Virus record (IMG/VR): IMGVR_UViG_3300020379_000824
Span: 1 to 64,000 of that record
Source of the DNA: an uncultured virus (IMG/VR IMGVR_UViG_3300020379_000824)
Lineage: Duplodnaviria; Heunggongvirae; Uroviricota; Caudoviricetes
Reading direction: 5' to 3' (one strand)
Length of the DNA stretch: 64,000 bases
Shown piece by piece: positions 55,877-64,000 of the stretch (position 1 is the first letter of the stretch; every line of letters begins with the position of its first letter). The notes under the pieces were generated by a model. The model searched no databases. It was given only the letters and a program-made list of their open reading frames with translations, and was not told where the DNA came from. Made by a program: the position numbers and the translations under genes.

Positions 55877-56731
55877 TTACTTATATTCCTCAACGACTAC
55901 AATACCTGGTCTTCCGTCTGAACCTCTATGTCCATGGAAATACCCGCCTGTACCACCTGTACCCGGCGCACTGTGTCCTTGATGATTGTGTGCAAAGTGT
56001 CCACCCTGTGGATGCCCTGACGGTGCTGCACCACCGAAATATGTTGATCCACCTGGACCAAACGAGTGGTGATGACAACCACCTCCACCTTGGTGAATAT
56101 TTAAGTTTCCGCCATTACCGTTTCCACTTACACCACCTGAGTGTTGGTTTTGTCTGTTAGCCCCATGTCCACCGCCTGCTGACATATAAGGCCCAAAACT
56201 AGTTGTGTTACCATTACCACCAGCACCAGAGTAATAAGTACCTCCGCCACCGCCACCAATTGTAATACCAACTGAGCTGATTCCTGTTACATCCATTATT
56301 CTTTCTGAGTATCCACCAGCGCCGCCTGACTCTCCGTGACCACTTGCGCCACCGCCTCCGCCAACTAGTTTAACTCTAATGTATCTTACGCCACTTGGTC
56401 TGTTCCAAGTACCGTTACCTGTAAAAACTTGAATACCTGAGAAACCTTCGTTTCTATATTCTAATGCGTTACCTGAAGAGTTTGCAGAAAGAATAGTATT
56501 ATTTCCTCCAACACTTGTAAGTCCTGTACCACCTCCACTTACTGGAACTGTACCTGTAACTACATTTGAACCTAAGTTAACTGCACCGTCTGCTAATTTG
56601 TTTGCATCAACAGCACCTGATGCAATGTCGTCTGCTGCAACTGCGCCTGCTGCTATCTTTGATCCTGTTAGAGTTGCATCAATAAATGCATCACCTGTGT
56701 ACTGCTTTAGTGTTTGATAGTTAAATGCCAT
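55877..56731 (-). CDS. Gly/His-rich fibre or adhesin-like protein, paralog C
   Basis: MAFNYQTLK start, short-repeat stalk, FT...TW..PSGVRYI + GGGGG domain, GHPQGGHFAHNHQ. Confidence 0.75.
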   Translation of the reverse strand: MAFNYQTLKQYTGDAFIDATLTGSKIAAGAVAADDIASGAVDANKLADGAVNLGSNVVTGTVPVSGGGTGLTSVGGNNTILSANSSGNALEYRNEGFSGIQVFTGNGTWNRPSGVRYIRVKLVGGGGGASGHGESGGAGGYSERIMDVTGISSVGITIGGGGGGTYYSGAGGNGNTTSFGPYMSAGGGHGANRQNQHSGGVSGNGNGGNLNIHQGGGGCHHHSFGPGGSTYFGGAAPSGHPQGGHFAHNHQGHSAPGTGGTGGYFHGHRGSDGRPGIVVVEEYK

Positions 56732-56732
56732 T

Positions 56733-57590
56733 TTAATAGAACTCCGTTACAATTATGATTCCCGGTCTACCGTCAGCACCTCTGTGTCCACTAAAGTATC
56801 CTGATGTTCCACCTGTTCCTGGTGAACTATGTCCTTGGTGGTTATGTGCAAAGTGTCCACCTTGTGGGTGTCCTGATGGACCTGGTCCACCAAAGAAACT
56901 AGCACCACCCATTCCTGCTGAACGTTGTTCGTGACTTCCGCCTGCACCACAATAGATGTTTAGGTTACCACCTGATCCAACACCAGGTAATCCGCCATTA
57001 TGTTGATTATGTCTATTAGCACCGTGTCCGCCACCAGCTGATAAGTATGGACCAAAACTTGATCCACTTCCGTTACCGGCAGCACCAGAGTAGTATGTAC
57101 CACCACCTCCACCGCCAACATTACAGCTCACTGAGCTAATACTTGTTACGTCAAGTACTCTTTCTGAATATCCACCTGCTGCTCCTGATTCACCATGTCC
57201 TGAACCACCGCCGCCTCCGGCTTGTACTTGTACTAAAATATATCGTACGCCACTTGGTTTGTTCCAAGTACCTGTACTTGTATAAACACTCATACCTCTA
57301 ATACCTGTTGGTGTAAAGGTTAAGTTGTTATTACTTGAATTCATTGTTAGTGCTTGGTATGCTCCACCAACACTAGTTTGTCCTGTACCACCTTTATTAA
57401 ATGCCGCTGTACCAGAAACTACACTACCGCCTAAGTTAACAGCACCAGCTGCCATCTTATCACTAGTAATAGCACCGTTCGCTAATTTTGCATTTGTAAC
57501 TGAATCTGTGCCTAAATCTGCACCAGTAACTGTAGCACCATCTAAGGAGGTATTTGTTAAATTTTTCAGTGTTTGATAATTAAATGCCAT
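56733..57590 (-). CDS. Gly/His-rich fibre or adhesin-like protein, paralog B
   Basis: Same architecture, 285 aa. Confidence 0.75.
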   Translation of the reverse strand: MAFNYQTLKNLTNTSLDGATVTGADLGTDSVTNAKLANGAITSDKMAAGAVNLGGSVVSGTAAFNKGGTGQTSVGGAYQALTMNSSNNNLTFTPTGIRGMSVYTSTGTWNKPSGVRYILVQVQAGGGGGSGHGESGAAGGYSERVLDVTSISSVSCNVGGGGGGTYYSGAAGNGSGSSFGPYLSAGGGHGANRHNQHNGGLPGVGSGGNLNIYCGAGGSHEQRSAGMGGASFFGGPGPSGHPQGGHFAHNHQGHSSPGTGGTSGYFSGHRGADGRPGIIIVTEFY

Positions 57591-57605
57591 TCTCTCTCAT
57601 ACTCC

Positions 57606-58457
57606 TTAATAGTAGTTAGTCACAATAATCATGCCAGGTCTACCATCTGAACCCCTATGTCCATGGAAGTGAGCTCCTGCTCCGCCTGAACCTTGTGTAC
57701 AATGATTTTGATGATTGTGTGCAAAGTGTCCACCTTGTGGGTGATTACCTGGAGCACCTCCACCAAAGTATGTGTTTGCTGTACTCTGAGCACTATAAGC
57801 GTGGTGACTAAATCCGCCACCTGTATGGATATTCAAGTTACCACCTGATCCATTTCCGCTAACTCCACCACTGTGTTGGTTTTGTCTGTTTGCTCCGTGT
57901 CCACCACTTGCACTTACATATGGACCAAAACTAGAACCATTACCATTACCACCAGCACCGGAGTAGTATGTACCACCACCTCCACCACCAATGCTAACTG
58001 AAACTGAACTAATTCCTGTTACATCAATAAATTTTTCTGCATATCCGCCAGCAGCACCACCTTCTCCGTGGCCGCTTCCGCCACCACCAGCACCTTGTAC
58101 TTGTACTCTAATGTATCGTACACCACTTGGTCTACTCCATGTACTATTACCTGTATAAACATTCATACTTGCAATACCATGTTGATCAGTAGTTAGTGCT
58201 GAGCCTGTGCTTCTTACAGCTCTATATGCTCCGCTACCACTGTTAATACCTAGACCACCTTGTGCAACTGATAATGCACCTGTTGCTTTAGCACTTCCAA
58301 GATCAACAGCACCTGTTGCCATTTCGTCAGACCCAACGGCTCCGGTAGCAATGTTTGTTCCTGTTACAGTTGTATTCGCTAAGTCTGCCTGAGCTAGACT
58401 ACCGTCCACAATTGCAGCCCCTGTAACTTTTTTCAAACTTTGATAATCAAATGCCAT
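57606..58457 (-). CDS. Gly/His-rich fibre or adhesin-like protein, paralog A
   Basis: Same architecture, 283 aa. Confidence 0.75.
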   Translation of the reverse strand: MAFDYQSLKKVTGAAIVDGSLAQADLANTTVTGTNIATGAVGSDEMATGAVDLGSAKATGALSVAQGGLGINSGSGAYRAVRSTGSALTTDQHGIASMNVYTGNSTWSRPSGVRYIRVQVQGAGGGGSGHGEGGAAGGYAEKFIDVTGISSVSVSIGGGGGGTYYSGAGGNGNGSSFGPYVSASGGHGANRQNQHSGGVSGNGSGGNLNIHTGGGFSHHAYSAQSTANTYFGGGAPGNHPQGGHFAHNHQNHCTQGSGGAGAHFHGHRGSDGRPGMIIVTNYY

Positions 58458-58474
58458 TTTCTTCTATGCTCCTG

Positions 58475-58933
58475 TTAAATTGATGCTACTAACCAACCAC
58501 TTGCTTCGTCAGTGTACTCTAGTGTAAATGATGCACCATTAGTACTTACAGTCATATTGTCGCTTGTACGCATAATTTTTTTACCGTTGGCTCCAACTGT
58601 TAAGTTATTACTACCAAATGTTCCTGAGTAATCTTGAAACTTAACTGTATCACCTTCGACTGGAGAACCCGGTAATGTTACCGTAACTGGTCCGCCTGCA
58701 CTGTTAACAATATAGAATGTATTTGACATAGCTGCTGTTGCAGATGTAATTACTACTCTCGGTAATTCTCCAACTACGTGCCATTGTACCGCGTTATGGT
58801 TATAAATTTCTAAAATATTTTTAGAAGTATTATAATATAAAGCACCAGAGTTAGCACTAGGAGGGCGTTGAGCAGTAGTGCCAGATGCAATAACTGGCTG
58901 ATCGTTAAGTCCTTGTCCTACTATTCTTCCCAT
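58475..58933 (-). CDS. tail-fibre-associated structural protein
   Basis: GTTAQRP..G.LYYNT and VTLPGSPVEGDTVKFQD (gp34-type repeat) modules. Confidence 0.65.
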   Translation of the reverse strand: MGRIVGQGLNDQPVIASGTTAQRPPSANSGALYYNTSKNILEIYNHNAVQWHVVGELPRVVITSATAAMSNTFYIVNSAGGPVTVTLPGSPVEGDTVKFQDYSGTFGSNNLTVGANGKKIMRTSDNMTVSTNGASFTLEYTDEASGWLVASI

Positions 58934-58945
58934 GTTTATCTCTCC

Positions 58946-59266
58946 TTATGCTGTTGAAGTTTCAATACCTAAGCACACAGCTGATACGTTAATTGCGTTT
59001 GATCTTACAACAACGACCTTAGATGCGTCAAGCACTATACCTGTTCTTTCTAGTACACCGTTTGCAGAAATTTGAGAATCATATTCAATATAATCTGCGT
59101 CTGCTGGTGTTCCAGATGAACTAACTGCTATCCTTACTGTTGCAGCACTTGAAGACCTATTACAGATATTTACCGTTACTACGCTAAAGTGATCTGCAGG
59201 TACTGTGTATAGGGTAGTATCAGTAGCCGCTGCAAGGTCTGCTGTCCCTAAAATTCCTGTTGCCAT
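58946..59266 (-). CDS. small beta-rich structural protein
   Basis: LYTVP...VNICNR; GGAG RBS; lies in the fibre operon. Confidence 0.6.
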   Translation of the reverse strand: MATGILGTADLAAATDTTLYTVPADHFSVVTVNICNRSSSAATVRIAVSSSGTPADADYIEYDSQISANGVLERTGIVLDASKVVVVRSNAINVSAVCLGIETSTA

Positions 59267-59291
59267 TTTCTTTTTCTCCGTTTATATATTT

Positions 59292-62200
59292 CTAGTTTAA
59301 GAAGTACGACCAAGCAATTGGTAGTCCTCTAACTCCACCTTTGAAATTCATGTTAGCATTAACTTGAATTGGCGCTTGTGTAGTTGTAGTTATTTGTGTT
59401 CCAGCAATATAAATTGCACCTGCTGTAACACTATTTACGTTAAGTGATGCACCACCGCCACCAATTTGTGAACTGATGTAAGCCTTAATAGCTCTTTGTG
59501 TTGGTACAACACTATCACTATCTGCTGTGAAGAATGGGTCTGTACTAAATTCTTCAATTGAAGCAGATCCTCCACCTAGCGTAACTTCACCAAGTGTAAG
59601 TTCTTGTAGTCCTGCAATGTTAAATGCATCAGCATTCAATGTTGCAACACCAGTTGACTGTTCAACACTAAACAATCCACCAACTCTAAAGTTACCATCT
59701 TGGTCAGTTGCTGTGTAGAATACTCTACCACCAGCACGTTCCCTAGTTTCGTTAGCTTGTATTGGATCTTGTGTTGGAAGTCCTGGATAGTTGGTTTCAG
59801 TAAAGTTACCTGTACCAATATCTAGGAAGTCGTGTCCTGTTAAACGTACCTGCGAGTACTTAATTCTAGTTGTTACACTAGTACCGTGTGCAGGAACATT
59901 AATAACTTTCATGTCCGGTGATATTTGTAAGAAACATGTGTACGCACCTGGGTTTGTACCAAGTTGTGTTACAATGTTAACAAGTTTAAATGTTTCATTT
60001 GGTAAATGTCCAAACACAACATTTGATCCTGTTACCGGAATATCTGTAAGTTGTCTAACAGCAATGAACGTACCGCTTTGGAAGAAGTCAGCAAATCCAT
60101 CACCACCTACTAAGTCAGCGGAAGCTGAAACATATCCAGTTCCTCTGCTAATAAATGTTGGGTTAGCTAACACACCATTACCAATTCTAACTACAAATGG
60201 TACAGCGTAAATTTCACTTGGGTCAGTAATTGTTAGTGTTGGAACACTATCGTATCCTGATCCAGGCTCTAATATTCTAACTGAAAAGATCTTGTTCTGT
60301 GCAACAAATGTTCTTGCTCTAGCAGTAACACCTAGTCTTGATCTTGAAGCAATTGCTCCTGATACAACTGGTATTGTTACCCAGTAACCTTTTCTATCTG
60401 ATACACCAAATCCACATGCTTGGTAACCTTCACCTACTTGGTCTCCAGTTACACCTTCTAGTGATTTCCATGTCCAGTTAAATCCGTCTTGCGATGTAGC
60501 AACATCGTTAAAGCCGTCTAGTCCATCAATATATGCTGTAGCAACAAACTGCCCTTGTCCGTATTCAACTCTTTGCAATCCTGAAACTGCTGTTGAGTCT
60601 GGAGCACCCATTGGCATCGCTACCCATGTTGCGCCATCTAACGACATAGCACCTGTGTTTGTATCACTTGCAACTGCAACAAAGTGTCCGTTACCCCATG
60701 AAACATCTGTCCAAGCACTACTTGCTGGAAGTGTTGATGCTGTCCAAGTTACAGCGTCAGTTGAATATTCAACTGTATTTGAACTTGGTTTAATTGCTAC
60801 AAACAATCCTTTACCGTATACAATTCTTGTATGTCCAGTGTTGTTAAGTGTTCCTGTAATATCCCACTCAACACCATCTAATGAAATAGCAACTGTAGCT
60901 GATCCTGCTTGTACTGCAACAAACTTGCCTTCGCCATATGTAACATCAGTCCATGTTCCACTTGATGGCATAGTAGCAGTTGACCATGTAACACCGTCAT
61001 CGGAGTATGCTGCTGTTGCACTACCTGTTGCTACTGCAACAAATCTACTTTGCAATGCTACAGTTGATCCATCGTCGATCATTCCGTGTGCTATTGATGT
61101 CCAGTTAGCATTTGGCATAACGTTTGCTGTCCAAGTTTTACCATCAGTACTGTAAGCACCTGCTGCTGCACTTGATTTAACAGCTACCCATACACCTTCT
61201 TGAGCTTGTCCTGCTGTTTCAATTTCTAAAATTACACCGTTAGCATCTACTGACACAACTGTTACTGTAATATCGTTTGTGGTTGCTGCGCCGCCTACAT
61301 TGTTACCAGCAATAGTAAATGTATCGTAACGTGTATATTTTGTTCCGCCACTTACAATTGTTGTAATGTATTTTCCACCGTTTTTAACAACTTGGAAACT
61401 AGCACCTGAACCACCACTGTTATTATATGTTGCACTTGGTAAGTAAACTCCTGTGCGTCCGCCATGCAATACATCTTGCCATGCACCACTTGTAGGAAGT
61501 GTTACACCTTCTGAACTATCAGTTGGAGCACTAAATACCGCTCTTGGTTCAACTGTGTATGTTGATGAAGCATCCGGAGCAACAATTGCTGTACCAGCTA
61601 CAATGTGATCAAATCCAGCTGCGCCTGTTGACTCTTTAGTAACTCCTGCAATTTTAGTACCACTGTTATATGAAGCAATAATACCGTACTGTCCAACACC
61701 AGCACCACCTGTAACATTAACTCTCATACCAAGGTATGCTGAACTAATCTCTGCGTCTGTTGCAGCAAGTGTAATGCTTGTTGAAGAACCAGCCTGTGCA
61801 GTGTTTGAGTTAGTAATATAACCAAATCCACCGAAGTTACCATCTGCTTCTGGAGCATTAGTACTATCGTCTACGTTATCTTGTAGGAAAATTTGGTGTA
61901 CACCGCCATCTCTAAATTCATCTGGCTCTGCTGTTGCACCTGTACCAGCACCTGAAATTAACCAACTTGCGTTAGTGTATTCGTTACCAGCATTATTAAA
62001 TTCAAATGCGTAAACTTCTTGTGCGTTATCAGTTTGTACACTTCCAACTGTTGCTTCAAATTGGAATTTGTTATCAACAATTGCAGTGTTTGGAGTTTCA
62101 GTCGAATCAAATCCTTCTGCTACTGAACCAAAGTCACCGTAAGAGTTGTTACCGTTTGTACCTCTAATTCTACCACCGTTTTCTGACAAGTAACCTACGT

Positions 62201-64000
62201 GTGAGTAATATGTAAACACTGATACAAGCTCTGCTCTACCATTGTTTGTTACCCAAGCACCAATACCGTCTGATATAACCTGTGTAAAGTCGTTACTAAC
62301 AATCGAATCGTTACCGCCGTTGTGTAGTGCGCCATCAATCTTTTGACCAATTGCACCAGCACCAAGTGTTGTTACGTTTTGTACGTATGGTGAACGTTCA
62401 ATAATCCATGTTGAGAAATCATCTGGTCCATATCCTGGATCAAGTGATACATAAGCACCACCTGAAACTCTTGAAGTTCCTAATGCATTTGGAGCAAGTA
62501 AGTCACCTGCCATGTTTGCAAGAGTTTGGTTTCTAACACCTGTACCATTTCTTACGTAGTAGAAGTCTTCGCCATCTCTTACACCATGTACTGCGTTACC
62601 GTAGTATCTTGCAGCCATTAATGATTTGTAGTTACCGTGATATTGTATATCATACTTGAGTGCGTCAAGTATTCTATTCATATCTCTTTCACATTTCTCA
62701 CTGCTGTAATCAAGCATAACAGTCATTGATCCTGTGTCATCATCAATTGACATTGGTGTCGAATCGTTTCTAGTTTTTGCAACTGTAAATTTAGTGCCTG
62801 AAATAATTTTGTTTACATAGTAAGTTACACCTGTTTCAAAACCATTTCCGCCTACTGTTGCTGGAGCACTTAATATTGTTCCGCTAACTTTAATTGCAGT
62901 ACCAATTCTTAACCAACTAGTATCACTAATTGTTACAGCGTCATCTGATGCTGCTGTTGCAGTTGCAGTATCTTTGTACGTGTCTTGTACCCATGCAGTA
63001 GATTCAGCAACAATAAAGTTTCTGTTTCTTTCAATCTGTAACATAGCATGATGTGCATTTCTTACTTCAGTAATACAAGGTGATCCTTCATTTGAACCAC
63101 TGTACACAACATCGTCTAAGTGTTTCATTAGTGTGTTGATACGTGCAATTGCTGTAGCGTCTCCGCCTACATTTGCAATAGCTTGTGTTCTTACATATTC
63201 AAAAGCACTTCTTGTAGTTGCTTTCTGATCTAAGTCATAAACATCTTTTGCTGTTGATCTCAAGTATGAAAGTGCAGCTCTCATTGTTTGCTCGTTACTA
63301 TTTGTAGCAACGTCAAACATAACTGCTTCCATAATTAATCTTGTATCACGTAAACATTTGCTTTGGTTGTATAATACTTTTGGTGTAGTGCCATCTGTTT
63401 TAGTAGCACCTGGATATACAACATCTGCTCCGCTTGGAGAGTTACAACTAAACACAATATTTGCTAGTGTGTAAGTATCTTCAATTGCTAATCCGTGTAC
63501 TGCATCAACAGTAATATCCATTACACCTGTGCTGTTATTATATGTAACTGCTGTAATGTTTAATACTGTTCCGTCACCTTTAGTAACAATACCACCACTT
63601 ACATATGTGTGTGCATATGCACTTGTTCCAACATAACTTTCAATTCTAGTTGTGCTAGGAACAGCCTGTACTGTAAAGTCAGTATGGTAATTAGTTGGAT
63701 TTAAGTGGTTGATAACTCCCGTTACAACGGTCTCTTGCGCTGCGTCTAAGGTCTCTACAGCGGTGATCAATGCAGTTGTACTAGTTACACCGTTCGTTAG
63801 TGTAGGATAGTTTATAGCGTTTGCTACAACTGTTAAACTTGATCCGTCTGTAACTGTTTGTGTACTACCACCAAATGTTGCAGACAATGTAAATGTGTTT
63901 GCATTTGGAGCAGTTTTAACCCAATACTTACGTGTTTTGTGTAATGCTCCGCTACCTGTACCGTGCGTAGCTCTCATTACAATTGCGTCACCAACTTCTA
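59292..64000 (-). CDS. very large virion structural / receptor-binding protein (5' end lies beyond the window)
   Basis: Frame stays open to base 64000; KC.RD helical repeats; SPYVQN/SNDFTQ beta-helix-like region; repeated S.DG.TW Asp-box (BNR) propeller motifs. Confidence 0.85.
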   Translation of the reverse strand, partial: EVGDAIVMRATHGTGSGALHKTRKYWVKTAPNANTFTLSATFGGSTQTVTDGSSLTVVANAINYPTLTNGVTSTTALITAVETLDAAQETVVTGVINHLNPTNYHTDFTVQAVPSTTRIESYVGTSAYAHTYVSGGIVTKGDGTVLNITAVTYNNSTGVMDITVDAVHGLAIEDTYTLANIVFSCNSPSGADVVYPGATKTDGTTPKVLYNQSKCLRDTRLIMEAVMFDVATNSNEQTMRAALSYLRSTAKDVYDLDQKATTRSAFEYVRTQAIANVGGDATAIARINTLMKHLDDVVYSGSNEGSPCITEVRNAHHAMLQIERNRNFIVAESTAWVQDTYKDTATATAASDDAVTISDTSWLRIGTAIKVSGTILSAPATVGGNGFETGVTYYVNKIISGTKFTVAKTRNDSTPMSIDDDTGSMTVMLDYSSEKCERDMNRILDALKYDIQYHGNYKSLMAARYYGNAVHGVRDGEDFYYVRNGTGVRNQTLANMAGDLLAPNALGTSRVSGGAYVSLDPGYGPDDFSTWIIERSPYVQNVTTLGAGAIGQKIDGALHNGGNDSIVSNDFTQVISDGIGAWVTNNGRAELVSVFTYYSHVGYLSENGGRIRGTNGNNSYGDFGSVAEGFDSTETPNTAIVDNKFQFEATVGSVQTDNAQEVYAFEFNNAGNEYTNASWLISGAGTGATAEPDEFRDGGVHQIFLQDNVDDSTNAPEADGNFGGFGYITNSNTAQAGSSTSITLAATDAEISSAYLGMRVNVTGGAGVGQYGIIASYNSGTKIAGVTKESTGAAGFDHIVAGTAIVAPDASSTYTVEPRAVFSAPTDSSEGVTLPTSGAWQDVLHGGRTGVYLPSATYNNSGGSGASFQVVKNGGKYITTIVSGGTKYTRYDTFTIAGNNVGGAATTNDITVTVVSVDANGVILEIETAGQAQEGVWVAVKSSAAAGAYSTDGKTWTANVMPNANWTSIAHGMIDDGSTVALQSRFVAVATGSATAAYSDDGVTWSTATMPSSGTWTDVTYGEGKFVAVQAGSATVAISLDGVEWDITGTLNNTGHTRIVYGKGLFVAIKPSSNTVEYSTDAVTWTASTLPASSAWTDVSWGNGHFVAVASDTNTGAMSLDGATWVAMPMGAPDSTAVSGLQRVEYGQGQFVATAYIDGLDGFNDVATSQDGFNWTWKSLEGVTGDQVGEGYQACGFGVSDRKGYWVTIPVVSGAIASRSRLGVTARARTFVAQNKIFSVRILEPGSGYDSVPTLTITDPSEIYAVPFVVRIGNGVLANPTFISRGTGYVSASADLVGGDGFADFFQSGTFIAVRQLTDIPVTGSNVVFGHLPNETFKLVNIVTQLGTNPGAYTCFLQISPDMKVINVPAHGTSVTTRIKYSQVRLTGHDFLDIGTGNFTETNYPGLPTQDPIQANETRERAGGRVFYTATDQDGNFRVGGLFSVEQSTGVATLNADAFNIAGLQELTLGEVTLGGGSASIEEFSTDPFFTADSDSVVPTQRAIKAYISSQIGGGGASLNVNSVTAGAIYIAGTQITTTTQAPIQVNANMNFKGGVRGLPIAWSYFLN

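Noticed and set aside
55877..58457. Diversity-generating retroelement template/variable repeats in the triad
   Set aside because: All three copies are coding, the differences are not adenine-specific, and no reverse transcriptase is present in the window.
1..64000. Many short opposite-strand or alternate-frame ORFs in the track (e.g. 15228..15593+, 27869..28327+, 60655..61155+, 25495..25728-)
   Set aside because: They lie inside well-supported genes, lack RBS or promoter signals, and read like antisense shadows of biased codon usage.
1..64000. CRISPR array, tRNA or rRNA genes
   Set aside because: Intergenic gaps are short, and I saw no repeat-spacer periodicity or cloverleaf with T-loop and CCA. 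A tRNAscan run would be needed to exclude them formally.
1..64000. Stop-codon reassignment (seen in some large phages)
   Set aside because: Core genes are full length in the standard code, and TAA, TGA and TAG all end genes at tight junctions.

Overview
This 64 kb AT-rich window comes from a large T4-like (myovirus) bacteriophage genome, probably aquatic, and uses the standard genetic code. From left to right it holds four blocks. (i) A split glycan-synthesis cluster (1-2.2 kb and 6-14 kb): nucleotide-sugar dehydrogenase start, epimerase, GT-A/GT8-like transferases, five KpsS/KpsC-like paralogs, an FkbM methyltransferase and a cytidylyltransferase-cupin. (ii) Recombination genes uvsW, uvsY, uvsX and gp32. 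(iii) Packaging and tail genes: terminase, gp4, tube, an enlarged sheath, dNMP kinase and gp13-15. (iv) A fibre region containing a subtilase and a fibre with a cupredoxin-like tip. Inserted in it is a 15 kb convergent island of 4 flavin-dependent halogenase-family genes and about 12 Fe(II)/2OG-type oxygenases under late-promoter-like boxes, followed by three tandem His/Gly-rich paralogs of nearly equal length. Regulatory signals read directly from the DNA are four sigma70-type promoters with 17-bp spacers, ten late TAA(A/G)TA boxes exactly 5 nt upstream of an ATG (leaderless late mRNAs) and four intrinsic terminators. The best candidate for a new system is a late-expressed halogenation/hydroxylation/glycosylation toolkit that may decorate virion proteins. 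This is an inference and is untested. All family calls come from motifs recognised by eye, not from database searches.
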